Shown here piece after piece: positions 38,420 through 50,879 of a stretch of 64,000 bases of DNA. Source of the stretch: Heptranchias perlo. Its lineage: Eukaryota. A model generated the notes under the pieces. The model was not told the origin of the DNA. It was given only the letters and a program-made list of their open reading frames with translations, and made no database searches. The stretch is from the NCBI RefSeq assembly GCF_035084215.1, contig NC_090332.1:36022001-36086000 (forward strand). Reading direction: 5' to 3'. Each line of letters starts with the position of its first letter. Position 1 is the first letter of the stretch. A program made the translations under genes and the position numbers.

Positions 38420-39230
38420 ATTGGTACCGGCAAAAAAAATTGGCGTCCAGGTCTCACACCTGAAACAGGGTTTAGGCCCTTTGCATAAGCAATTAAGGGG
38501 CATATCTCCTGTTTGAGACCCCTGTTCAAGATCAGATTGCCCTGAATGCAGCCATCGCTGTGTTCAGGAAAACCAGATCTACATGTAGCCTATCCAGCAG
38601 TCCTTAAAGGGACCGTTGGAGGGCGCTACCAAAAAGGTAAGTTTTTAATATATATTTAGCTGAACATGGAGCCGGATGGTGCAGGAGTGCTCCTCCCGGC
38701 TCCACATTCAAATCACTGTTAAAAGCCACCGCTCCCCTCCCCACTCCTGATTCCCACATCCGCATCCTCCTGTCCCTCCTGCTGCATCCACCAGCCCCCG
38801 ATCATGATATTGACCCCTCTGATTATGACCTTGACCCCTTCTCCCGGTCGGTCCCCTCCTGACCCCCTCTCTCTCGGTCACCGCCCTCCCGATCTCTCCC
38901 CCTCTCCCAGATGCCTCCCGCCCAGTCACCCCCCTATCCCTGACACCCCCCTCTCCTGGTCACCGCCTCTACGCCCGATCGCTCCACTCTCCCAATCACT
39001 CCCCTTCTGGTCACCTTCCCTTCGCCTTTAAAGACATACCTGCCGGCAACACAGCAACCCCATATTGGAAGTTTCTTGGTTGGTGAGCTGCTTGGGGACA
39101 TCGAGGAGGTGTCCGCAGCTTGCTAGTGTAATATAAATGAGCTTCATGTCCCGGTATCAGGTGAACCTCAGGCCTACTCCTTCAGGCACAGGTATCAATC
39201 CTTGTGCCCCGTTCGCACCAGCTTGTCAAG
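38420..39230. mobile_element. Harbinger-type MITE with C-rich internal repeat
   Basis: Similar blocks to 26786-27520 (cacacctgaaacagg..ttagg...taaggggc, aaaaggtaag, C-rich ccgatc repeats). Confidence 0.55.
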
Positions 39231-39296
39231 TCTTTCCTTATAACTATTGTTTCCCATCTCTGGTATCCTGGTGAATTTACATTGTAAGTTCTCAAA

Positions 39297-40065
39297 GGGA
39301 CGGACGTTGCTGTAAAAGTAACGGTGAGGCTAAAAGCCCTTACCGTTATTTATGTGCAAAACGAACAGCAGCTTACGGTGAGCGCACATGCACAGTTAAA
39401 TCGGGAAGTTGCTGTCCGAGGTGCGTCGTCCCCTACTTAAGTTGAGCGAAAATGGCATCTCGCCATCTGGCTCACCATTCAAATGTATTGAACAGTCTGA
39501 AATTTCTGCACTGACGTCGTAGAGACGGACTAAACTCGCCACGGAAAGTTAGGGCTTTTCCATTCCAGTGTACCCTTTTAATGGGGTGGTAAGTCTTAAT
39601 GACTGCGAAATAATCTCTCTGGCACTGAAGATTAGCTTTTACAAGAGCGAAGTCTCATTCCTTCAGCTTTTAATTATTGTTAGACATTTAAAAAATAAAT
39701 AATATTTTTCCTTACTTTTTCTTTCTTTCTCTTTTATCTCTGTCTCTTAATCCAATCTTTCTTTCCCTCTCTTTATTTCACTTACTGTACCTGATTTGAC
39801 ATTGAATTCACTATTCTAACTTACACTTCCTGGTTCAGTCTCTGCGCTGCTCATTAACGATTCTTCTATCTGAATGGTTAAGGAGATACACAGTTGCTTG
39901 CCCTGTTCACACAGGTCCCAGATGCCCTGTAGAGGGCACTGTACTGAATGGCTCTGTAATTTACAGGAACTTGCCGTGCAAAAGCCCATAGAAAGTGTAT
40001 GGGCAAGTGCAAGTCTAACAAATGGCTGGTGCCATTCATTCACCGCTCACAACAAAATCCGCCCC
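39297..40065. mobile_element. Non-autonomous DNA transposon (Harbinger-like TIRs)
   Basis: Left GGGACGGACGTTGCTGT versus the reverse complement of the right end GGGGCGGATTTTGTTGT; subterminal cggtga repeats at both ends. Confidence 0.65.
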
Positions 40066-40109
40066 CAGGTCTTTAATGCCCATCTTTCTATAATGGAGCA
40101 TCCAAAACC

Positions 40110-41850
40110 GCACATTCTAACTGTGGACTAATCAATGTTTTGTACAAATCTATCATTACGTCTTTATTCTTGTACTCTATGCCTCTATTTATAAATCTAA
40201 AATGCCGTTGACCTTTTTCATGGCTTTATTTACCTATAGTCAAACTTTTAGGAAATTATGTGTTGGAACCCTTAGGTCTCTGTTCATCCACACCCTTCTA
40301 TATTTCTTTCATTCAGTGTATCCCAACCCTTATTTTTTCCTCCATAAATGTATTACCTCATACTTCTCCTCATTAAATTGTATCTGACACCTACCTGCCG
40401 CTTTCACTAAGCTGCCTCTGTTCTCCTAAAGTTTTTTACAGACCTCCTCATTATTTGTCAAACTTTGTACGTGGGGCACATAGGTTTGGGGGTAATATAT
40501 TTGCGTGGATAGAGGATTGGTTAACGGACAGAAAACAGAGAGTAGGAATAAATGGGTCATTTTCAGGTTGGCAGGCTGTAACTAGTGGGATGCCGCATGG
40601 ATCAATACATGGGCTGTTTACAATATACATCAATGACTGAGATGAGGGGACCAAGTGTAATATATCCAAGTTTGCTGACGATACAAAGCTAGGTGGGAAA
40701 GTAAGCTCTGAGGAGGATGGAAAGAGGCTGCAAAGGGATATAGATAGATACAGCTGGCAGATGGAGTATATCGTGGGGAAATGTGAAATTATCCACTTTG
40801 GTAGAAAGAGTAGAAAAGCAGAATATTTTTTAAAATGTGAGAGACTAAGAAACGTTGGTATTCAGAGGGATTTGGGTGTCCTTGTACATGAATCACAGAA
40901 AGTTGACATGCAGGTATAGTAAGCAATTAGGAAGGCAAATGGTATGTTAGCCTTTGTTGCATGGACGTTGGAGTATAAGAGTAAGGAGGTCTTGCTGCAA
41001 TTATATAGGGCTCTGGTGAGACCACACCTGGAGTACTGTGTATAGTTTTGGTCTCCTTACCTAAGGAAGGATATACTTGCCTTACAGGATTTGCAACAAA
41101 AGTTCACTAGATTGATTCCTGGAATGAGAGGGTTGTCCTGTGAGGAGAGATAGAGTAGAATGGCGATAGGAAGAATGAGAGGTGATCTCATTGAAACGTA
41201 TAAAATTCTTAGGAAGCTTAACAGGGTAGATGCTGGGTGGCTATTTTTCTTGGCTGGAGAGTCTAGAACTAGGGGCCACAGTCTCAAGATAAGGGGTCGG
41301 CCATTTAGAACCAAGATGAGGAAAAATTTCTTCACTCAGAGGATTGTGAATCTTTGGAATTCTCTACCCCAGAGGGCAGTGTATATTCAAGACTGAGATT
41401 GACAGATTTTTGGACACTAAGGGAATCAAGGGATATGGGGATAAGACGGGAAAGTGGAGTTAAGATAGAAGATCAACCATGATTTTATTGAATGGCGGAG
41501 CAGGCACGAGGGGCCGTTTGGCCTACTCCTGCTCCTATTTCTTATGTTCTTATGTACTTTTATGTCATATGCAAATTTCAAGATTGTGCTCCCTATCCCC
41601 GAACGGACCCCATGCTGACCTTTGACCTACACCAATTCCGATCCTTCTCTATTATGATCAACACCCATTTACTCTATCCCTTTGATTCCTGGCTATCAGC
41701 TAACTTTCTATTCATGCTGCTACATTTTTTCTTATACCAGACACCTGGCTTTTTGTAACAAGCCTCTTGTGAGGCACCTTATTGAATGCCTTTTGAAAAT
41801 CCATATTAATCACATTCACTGCATTCCCTTTATCTATTCAATCTGACACT
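40110..41850 (-). mobile_element. Old CR1 (minus), interrupted by a younger plus-strand CR1
   Basis: Degenerate minus-strand CR1 sequence at about 40110-40450 and 41560-41850 flanks the insertion. Confidence 0.65.
40477..41555 (+). mobile_element. CR1 LINE, 5'-truncated
   Basis: [43 protein letters not shown]; CTTATGTTCTTATGT tail. Confidence 0.95.
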
Positions 41851-43379
41851 TCTTCTAAAACACATACTATATTTAGGAATGTTCTAGTGACAGCTTTGTA
41901 AAAGCAATAAGCCTTTAAAAGTGAAATTAATAATGTGTCGTTTGGTTTTGTTATGAAATCAGTTTTGAACCAAGATAAGGTAGTTTTGTGTCATACACCA
42001 ACCATCCTTTTCATTTCTCTGAGTGAGGCTTTCAGTTCAGTCCTAATAACTGTTGTTTAGTGCAACAGATTCATGCCCAAAAGAACTGGATTCAGAATGC
42101 CAATATCACTTGGGGCTCGTGCAGTCGCAGAGAGGGTTTCATCAAGTCAGTCTAGGTTAGATTTTGTAATGTATTAACATGGGAACAAAAAATGGGAATC
42201 AATACTGTGTAACAATTGGGACGAGCCCTAAAGGCATGCATGAAAGTATGAGAGCGGTAACAAGATTCTGAACAGATTAGTTAGGTCAGCACCTACAGAG
42301 CAGAGTGTCAGTCAAATGCTTGAGCTCTACAAAACCAGATCAATGTAAGAAATACAGCACAAATCATCACTATCGCTTTTCATCTTCAATTTTTATATTT
42401 GAAACTGACATAACTCCAGGGAAAATATTGAAAAATGTTTTCAAAGCAACCTTTTAAACCTATCGTTAGTGGAGAAGTGAATCTGCATGGGCTACTTTGC
42501 TTTATATGTCTTATCTCAACAAGTACTGATTGTGCTGTCAAAATCTCCATTAATGCAAACTCTCTATAGCAGGTATCGAATGAATAATTAGAAATTCTAT
42601 TTTAGGAATACAGACAAAAGAACTTACTACCACACTGTAACTAGTTATTATATCCACTCTGGTTTCTAAAACAGGGAATATTCATTGTCAGTCAATTGAT
42701 TTAATTAATGGAGTTTTGCACAGTAATTATTCCCTTTCAGTTATATTGCAAAAATATTACAAAGTAGACTCACTCGAGTGTTCAGCATTGTTTTTATTTA
42801 TATTTGACTAGCATTCTTATTGTTTGAATTTGAGTCAAGACTGCAATAACTTGTTTATATACAAGGGCCGATAATGTGATATTAAGTGGCCAAAGTGCTG
42901 TACCATTTTGGGTGCTGGAGCACAGTATCACAAGGTGCTGAGGCATACTCAATGCCCAAGGTGCACAATACCCCAAAACATGGCAAAGCACTGTTGGCAT
43001 TCTGAGCACTGCAGTGGCAGTGTGCAAGGCTCATTATGGCCCCAGCTAATATTTCAATTAGGAGTCCTTGTCATAATATGGCTGGAGCACCTGACCACTG
43101 CACCAGATGCTCAGCACTCACTTTTCAACAGGTGCTTCAGGGAAGGCTTGAAATTAAAGTGTCATTTTTCATCCTATGTGGTCCTCTCTTTTTGTTAAGA
43201 ACACACTCTCTTGCTCCCGCCAAAGGCCAACTCTCAAAAAGAATCTTCTAAAGTTATGAGTAACGAGATAGATTAGGCAGATGAGTCAAATGTGGATGAA
43301 CATCTTGGGAGCAATGACCATAATATGATGAGGTTTATGGTCCAAATAGAAAGGGAAAAAGTTAGTACAAAAATAAAGG

Positions 43380-43925
43380 GGGGAGGGGCTCGGTGGCTCC
43401 AATTTAACTCAACTTTTATTTTTAACGCATGGAGGCCGGGATTCCCAGGCCGCGGGAACGCTGGCAGGTAAAAGGAGGCGAGAATGCCGGATTCAGGAGG
43501 TAAATGCCTTTATTGCAATGCATTTGGGCCAGGAGTGCTTCCCCATGATGTCTGATTAACCCCACCCCCACAATGTCCACTGCACCCCAACCGCCCCCCA
43601 TGATGTCCATACCCCCCCACCCCTTGCGATGTCCAAACTCCTGCGATGTCTGACCCCAACGCCTTGTCCGACCCCCCCCCCCCGCCGCGATCTTTGACCC
43701 CTCCCCCCCACTTACCTGTCATCTGCCCCCTGGCTGCTTTCCAGCCCAACAGACAACCAGCCTTTCATTCTGGCTGGCTGTCGGGCGGGGAATCTGTTGA
43801 GAAAATTTAAAAGATGATCTGCCATTAAATTCAGCAGGAAATGCTGAAAGTCCTTACTTCCGGATTTCCCGTCCGATAATCCTCCCCCCCACTCTCTTCC
43901 CAGTTCTGAGTGAATATCGGGTACA
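43380..43925 (-). mobile_element. Harbinger-type MITE related to 34125 and 55870, short repeat array
   Basis: Reverse complement of the shared gcactcctggccc...tgcaataaaggca block and of ggacatc repeats. Confidence 0.65.
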
Positions 43926-45624
43926 AGGGCTCCAGATTGGAATAGAGCAGATTTTAAAATGATTGGTGTTAGTTAGCAGAGGTGAGGTAGAAAGAGAAAT
44001 AGGCACACAGGTCTGTAGATCAACAATGGAATAATTTTAAAAAGGAAATTGCAGAGTTGCAGAATAATTATATGCCTTTAAAAAAAGTCTACTTCAAGCT
44101 TCAGAAGGTCGTAGATAAATAAAGAGGTTAGAAACAAACCATAAGGAATATGGAGATTATAGGTATGATAAAAGCAAGAGAAAATATGATAAAATAAAAT
44201 AAAAGATTAACATAAGAACATAAGAAATAGGAGCAGGAGTAGGCCATACGGCCCCTCGAGCCTGCTCCACCATTCAATCAGATCATGGCTGATCTTCGAC
44301 CTCAACTCCACTTTCCTGCCCAATCTCCATATCCCTTGATTTTCCTAGAGTCCAAAAATCTATCTAGCTCTGTCTTGAACATATTCAACTACTCAGCATC
44401 CACAGCCCTCTGGGGTAGAGAAATCCAAAGATTCACAACCCTGTGTGTGAAGAAATTCCTCCTCATCTCAGTCTTGAATGGCCGACCCCTTATCCTGCAA
44501 CTATGCCCCCTAGTTCTAGACTCTCTAGCCAAGGGAAACAATCTTTCAGCATCTGCTCTGTCAAGCCCCGTCATAATCTTATACGTTTCAATGAGATCAC
44601 CTCTCATTCTTCTAAACTCCAGAGAGTATAGGACCATTCAACTCAATCTCTTTGCATCGGACAACCCTCTCATCCCAGGAATTAATTTAGTGAACATACA
44701 TTACACCGCCTCTAAGGCAAGTATATCCTTCCTTAGATAAGGAGACCAAAACTGTGCTCAGTAATCCAGGTGAGGTCTCAGTAAGCCCTGTACAACTGCA
44801 GTAAGACTTCCCTACTCTTGTACTCCAACCTCCTTGCAATAAAGGCCAACATGCCATTTGCTTTCCTAATTGCTTGCTGTACCTGCATACTAACTTTTTG
44901 TGTTTCTTGTACGAGGACACCCAAGTCTCTCTGAACACCAACATTTAATAGTTGCTCACCATTCAATAAATATTCTGTTTTTCTATTCTTCCTACTAAAG
45001 TGAATAACCTCACATTTCCCCACATTATACTCCATCTGCCACCTTCTTGCCCACTATCTTAATCTGTCGATATACCTTTGCAGACTCTTTGGGGCCGATT
45101 TTCGGATGAAGGAGCGGGTGTGTTGTGGGGGGGGTGTCCGAAAATCGCTGAAATCCCGAGCAGGTTTGGAGCCCGGCTCCAACCCGCTGACTTCCAGGTT
45201 CCCCAGTGAAGCGTCCAGGTGCGCACGCACACCTCCCGGATGCGGAAGTCCCACCGGCAATTAAAGCCGGCAGGATGATAATTTGCACAGTTTGTCCAAT
45301 AGTTAAAGTACTTCAACTACTTGATTGACTCGACATTTTGGCAGGGATGAGATATTGAAGAATCCTCAGCGTGTTTCTCGTGCTTTGGGAAACACTCCCT
45401 GTTGCAACAGACGTGTTTCAGCCAGCAGCCAGTGGGAGATGCTAATGCTTATTTGACAGGTGGGGAGAAAACGTCATTTATTGCAGCGGGGCACTCTGTC
45501 ACTTCAGACAAAGTTTTGGCTGCAAGACCTTTGTGTTTTTACTCAAATTTCTCACTTTCCACCCAAAACTCTGCTGTTCAAACATATTTAAATACTTTGC
45601 GGACCCCCTCAACCTCACACCGTC

Positions 45625-46835
45625 ATGGCTGCATTCACCACTACATCTGAGGACGAGCAATATCACCAGCCTCGCCAGGCACGGCGTCCACCTCCGCCAC
45701 GTGGAGCTCCACACCCAGTGCTGCGCCACAGGCACCTGCACAAGAGCACCGAGGGCAACAACAGAGAGAGCGACGTCGCAGGAGGCAGTACTCTCGCAAC
45801 AGGGTCTACAGACCGAGGCTCAGCTTCCTGGACCTCTCTGAGGAGCAGTGCATATACGGAGGCGCAGAGTCAGTCGCCAGGCAAGGCGTCCACCTCCGCC
45901 ACGTGGAGCTCCACACCCAGTGCTGCGCCACAGGCACCTGCACAAGAGCACCGAGGGCAACAACAGAGAGAGCGACGTCGCAGGAGGCAGTACTCTCGCA
46001 ACAGGGTCTACAGACCGAGGCTCAGCTTCCTGGACCTCTCTGAGGAGCAGTGCAAACGGAGGCGCAGAGTCAGTCGCCAGCTAGTTGCAGACATTTGCAG
46101 CCTCCTTCATGCCGAGCTGGTCCCGGCTGGGCCGAGCAGCATCTCCTTACCTGTTGCTGTCAAAGTCACCACTGCCCTCAACTTCTTCACCTCTGGATCA
46201 TTCCAGGGTGCCACCGAGGACATTGCCGTGGTCTCTCAGTCGTCTGCACACAAGTACATAAGGCAGGTCACTGACAGCTTGTTTTGCAGGGTTTAGCACT
46301 ACGTCAACTTACTCATGGATGACCTCAGCCAGACAGAGAGGGCTGTGGCTGGCTTCCCACGGGTCCAGTGTGTAATCGATTGCACCCATATAGCAATGCG
46401 AGCACCTCCACACCAGCCAGGACTGTTTGTCAACAAGAAGGGCTATCACTCCATCAACACTCAGCTCGTTTGTGACCACCGCAAGAGATTCCTTCATGTG
46501 TGTGCCAGATACCCTGGCAGCTGCCACGATTCCTTCATCTTCTGGAATTCCAACATCCCGCCTCTCTTCCATGTACCGAACACCAGTAAGGGCTGGCTCC
46601 TCGGGGACAAGGGATACCCTCTGCACACGTGGCTCATGACACCTCTGAGGAACCCCATCACTGAGCAACAGCGTCGCTATAACAGAGTGGGATGCATTAT
46701 AGTTGTCTGTTGTGCCCTGCATAACACGGCACAACAGAGAGGGGTGATGCTTGAGGACACCCCATCCACATCTGCCGCCCACATTGAGGAGGAGGTGGAG
46801 GAGGAGGAGCAACCCATGGGCAGAACAGTGGCTCA
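45625..46835 (+). pseudogene. Harbinger DDE transposase with an internal duplication and deletions
   Basis: KVTTALNFFTSGSFQ, GFPRVQCVIDCTH, YPGSCHDS, WLLGDKGYP, VCCALHN; the segment carrying the catalytic Glu is missing (YN|RVGCII). Confidence 0.9.
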
Positions 46836-48587
46836 CCGTGAGGGCTCCTCCAAAGACTCCTCCACCTGCACCAGTGCAGGGGCAGACTCAGCCACCTGGA
46901 GAGCAGGTAGCATTGCGAGTACTGGTTGAGAGGGGGGCAACCGGTGAGACATGGGAGCGCTTTGACTGGCGTCCCCACTTCCATGTCCCCTTTCACCATC
47001 ATCTCTCCCCTGGGCCAGGCCCACATCACTCCTACACGCTGATGGGCGACAGTTTGGAGGACATGGGTGATCCTTTTAAGGCCCGTGCTAGTGTATCTGC
47101 CTGCCTGTTTATGGCGGCAGAATGTTGTTTACCCTGAGGCTGAACGGCTGTTGTCAGGGCCTGAATTTTCTCATTTGTGAGCCACGCTTGAAGCTCCACG
47201 GAGGCTAGCATTCCCTCCATCGCAGACATTCCCGCACTTACCCGCGACAGTATGTCAGAGATGCCCTCACATCTCTGTGACACTATCTGAGAGATGCCCT
47301 CACGTCCCAGTGACAGTATCTCAGAGATGCCCTCCCTTACCTGTGCCACCATTCCACTCATGCAGGAGTTGGACTCCTCCATCCTCTGCGCTATTGTGGA
47401 GAGTGCACGTGGCACCTGTTCCAGCACCTCGCAAATGTGCTGCTGCCCCTCGATCATTCTCCTTTTAAATGATTGCTCCCAGGGTTCAGCATCTGTGTCC
47501 AGCTGAGCAGAGCCTGGACAGGAATGCTCCCACTGACGCGGACTCTCCACAGCTGCCCCTGCCACCAGTGTCTGCTCGTGCTCACATGTATGTGGTAACT
47601 CACCATGTGTGACCCCAACTAACTGCGGACTATCTGCGCTGGTGGATGGCTCGCTCAGATGTGACAGTGCACCCTCAGAGGCCAGCAGATCCTCTGAGGA
47701 ATTGCCCTCTGCCGTCACAGCGGTCGCTGAAGGCCCTGTAGGAGAACAGAAGGCAATATTCAGATGTGTCATGTTGCGATGAGCATACTGAGGTGCTGAA
47801 GATGGCAAGGCATGTTAACATCAATTCATATTGTGTGTGATGAATGTTAAAGTTCTGTCACCAGACGTTTGTCGGGTGCTCCGACGGACAGGCACTCAAG
47901 GGTGCGGCTCAGCTCCAGCGCCTCTTGCTCCGCGTCTGTGAGGACGACAATCTGTAGCGGCCCCCCTCAGAACCTTGCCCTCTCCCGTGCATTGTAGGCT
48001 CTCTGCTCCTATAAGTGGAGAAAGCACAGACGAGTGAGTGAGTGATGGTGACGTGGCCAACCACTGAGTGCATTGGGCTTGGATGCGGCTGACTGTGAAA
48101 GAGATGCATCAGAGGGTGAGTATGAGACAGAGCTATGAGATTGTATGAGGATTGGGTTGAGTGGTAGTGGTGGGTTGAGTAATGGGGAGGTGAGGAAGTG
48201 CTGAGGAAGTGCAGGCAAGTTGAGGATGAGCTTTAAGTGGGTGTGAGGACTGATGTGATAGAGTAGTGTTGGCATTGCAGAATGAGCTGGGGGTGGGGGT
48301 GGTGATGTGGAAGACGGAATATAGGAGAATGAGTAAGTGTACTCACTTTGGCTGACCTAGTTAGGTCATTGAAGCGCTTCCTGCACTGGATCCAGGTGCG
48401 GGAGATGTTGCTGCTGCTAGTGACCTCCTCTACCACCTCGAGCCAGGCCTTCTTGGTGGCAGAGTCAGGCCACTTCCTCCCATCCACCGAGTAGAAGACA
48501 TCCCTCCTCCTCCTCACCCCATCCAGTAACACCTGGAGTGAGGCATCGCAAAATCTAGGAGCAGTCTTTCCCCTGTGCTGCTCCATT
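46836..48587 (-). pseudogene. Harbinger Myb/SANT-like gene, spliced
   Basis: [21 protein letters not shown]...AWLEV...RTWIQCRKRFNDLTRSAK|gtgagt in exon 1; later exons at about 48008-47870 and 47736-46840. Confidence 0.85.
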
Positions 48588-50879
48588 GTGCTGTGTGGGT
48601 GTTTGCTCCAGGAACAGCCATTGGAGGACTGGCCCTTTACATAGAGCTCCTCCAGCTGACAGCCTGTGATGCACGTGCGCAGTCCGCCCGCTGCACAGCT
48701 TTCGGACGGCAAACCCGGAAGTTAAGTGGCTCCAATTGACCCGCGATTGCGTGGGAAATGGACAGATTTTATTTGGCGGGTCACCCACGCACCCATTCGC
48801 ACCTTCCCCCCACCCCCCGCTGCCATCCCACCTACCCGTTAATATCAAGGCCTTTTTGTCCTCCTCACAGCTTACTTTCCCACCTAGCTTTGTATCATCA
48901 GCAAACTTGGATACATTACTCTCGGTCCCTTCATCTAAGTCATTAATATAGATTGTAAATAGCTGAGGCCCAAGCACCGATCCTTGTGGCACCCCATTAG
49001 TTACAGCCTGCCAACCTGAAAATGGCCCATTTATCCCTACTCTCTGTTTTCTTTCTGTTAGCCAATCCTATATCCCTGCTAACATATTATCCCCAACGCC
49101 ACGAGCCCTTACCTTGTGTAACAGCCTTTTATGCGGCACCTTATCGAATGCCTTTTGAAAACCAAAAAAACTACATCCACTGGTTCCCCATTATTCACCC
49201 TGCTAGTTACATCCTCAAAAAACTCTAATAAATTTGTTGAACACGATTTCCCTTTCATAAAAACATGTTGACTCTGCCTAATCATATTATGATTTTCTAA
49301 GTGCCCTTTTACACTTCCTTAATAATGGATTCCAGCATCTTCCCAATGACTGATGTCAGGCTAACTGGCCAATAGTTCCCTGCTTTCTCTCCCTCCTTTT
49401 TTAAATAGCGGGGTAACATTTGCTACTTTCCAATCCACTGGGACCGTTCCAGAATCTAGAGAATTTTGGAAGATCATAACCAATGCATCCACTATCTCTG
49501 CAGCTGCCTCTTTTAGAACCCTAGGATGTAAGCCATCAGGTCCAGAGGATTTGGCGGCTTTTAGTCCCATTAGTTTGTCCAGTACTTTTTCTCTACTGAT
49601 ATTAATTGTTTTAAGTTCCTCACTCGCATTTACCCCTTGGTTCCCCACTATTTTTGGCATGCTTTTTGTACCTTCTACTGTGAAGACAGATACAAAATAT
49701 TTGTTTAATGCTCCTGCCATTTCCTGATTCCCCATTATAATATTTCCTGTCTCAGCCTCTCAGGGACCAATGTTTACTTTTGTTACTCTCTTCCTTTTTA
49801 CATACTTGTAGAAGCTCTTTTAATTCATTTTTATATTTCTTGCTAGTTTACTTTCATATTCTATTTTCTCCCTTTTTATCAATTTTTTAGTCGTTCTTTG
49901 TTGGTTTCTAAAACTCTCCCAATCCCTTGGCTTATTACTCTTCTTGGCAACATTATAGGCCTTTTCTTTCAATCTAATACTCTCCTTAACTTCTTTAGTT
50001 AGCCACAGGTGGATCATTTTTCCCGTGGAGTTTTCATTTCTCAATGGAATGTATATTTGTTGAGAGTATTGAAATATTTCTTTAAATGTTTGCCATTGCT
50101 TTTCAACTGTCAAACCCTTTAATTTAATTTCCCAATCTACCTTTGACAACTCATCCCTCATACCTATGTAAATGGCTTAATTTAAGTTTAAGACTCTAGT
50201 TTCTGACTTAAGTACGTTACTTTCAAACTCAATGCGAAATTCTATTATATTATGATCACTCTTCTCCAGAGGATCTTTTACTGTGAGATTACTAATTAAC
50301 CCTATCTCATTACATAATATACAAGATCTAAAATAGCCTGTTCCTTGTTTGGTTCCATGACTTATTACTCTAGGAAACCATCTTGAATACATTCCATGAA
50401 CTCGTCCTCCAAACTACCTTTGCCAATTTGATTTGCCCAGTCTATATGCAGATTAAAGTCCCCCATTGTGACTGCATTTCCTTTGTTACACGCTCCTATT
50501 ATTTCATGATTAATACTCTGTCCAATGGTATTGCGACCATTTGGGGGCATATAAACTACTCCCTCCAGTGTTTTCTTCCCCTTGTTATTTCTAATTTCCA
50601 CCCATATTGATTCTACTTCCTGATCTTCCGAGTCAAGATCGTTTCTCACCACTGTCCTTATGTCATCCTTTATTATTAAGGCTACACCCCCTCCTTTTCT
50701 ATTCTGCCTGTCTTTTCTAAATGTCATGTACCCTCGAATATTTAGTTCCCAACCTTGGTCATTTTGGATCCATGTCTCTGTAATGGCTATCAGGCCAAAT
50801 CCATTTATCTCTATTTTTTTTTTTTATTCGTTCACGGGATGTGGGCGTCGCTGGCAAGGCCGGCATTTATTGCCCATCC

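Larger units (their letters stand above)
45091..48851. mobile_element. PIF/Harbinger DNA transposon (copy 2) inserted in the CR1 RT region
   Basis: Host sequence gcagactctt|...|ctttttgtcctcctcacag with probable CTT TSD; degenerate G-rich TIRs; transposase on plus, Myb/SANT on minus. Confidence 0.9.

Noticed and set aside
50866-50871. AATAAA near the 3' end of the tRNA-headed LINE as proof of Pol II transcription
   Set aside because: It is a real caveat but not decisive: the A-tail can be template-encoded, and some Pol III SINE RNAs are polyadenylated via AATAAA.
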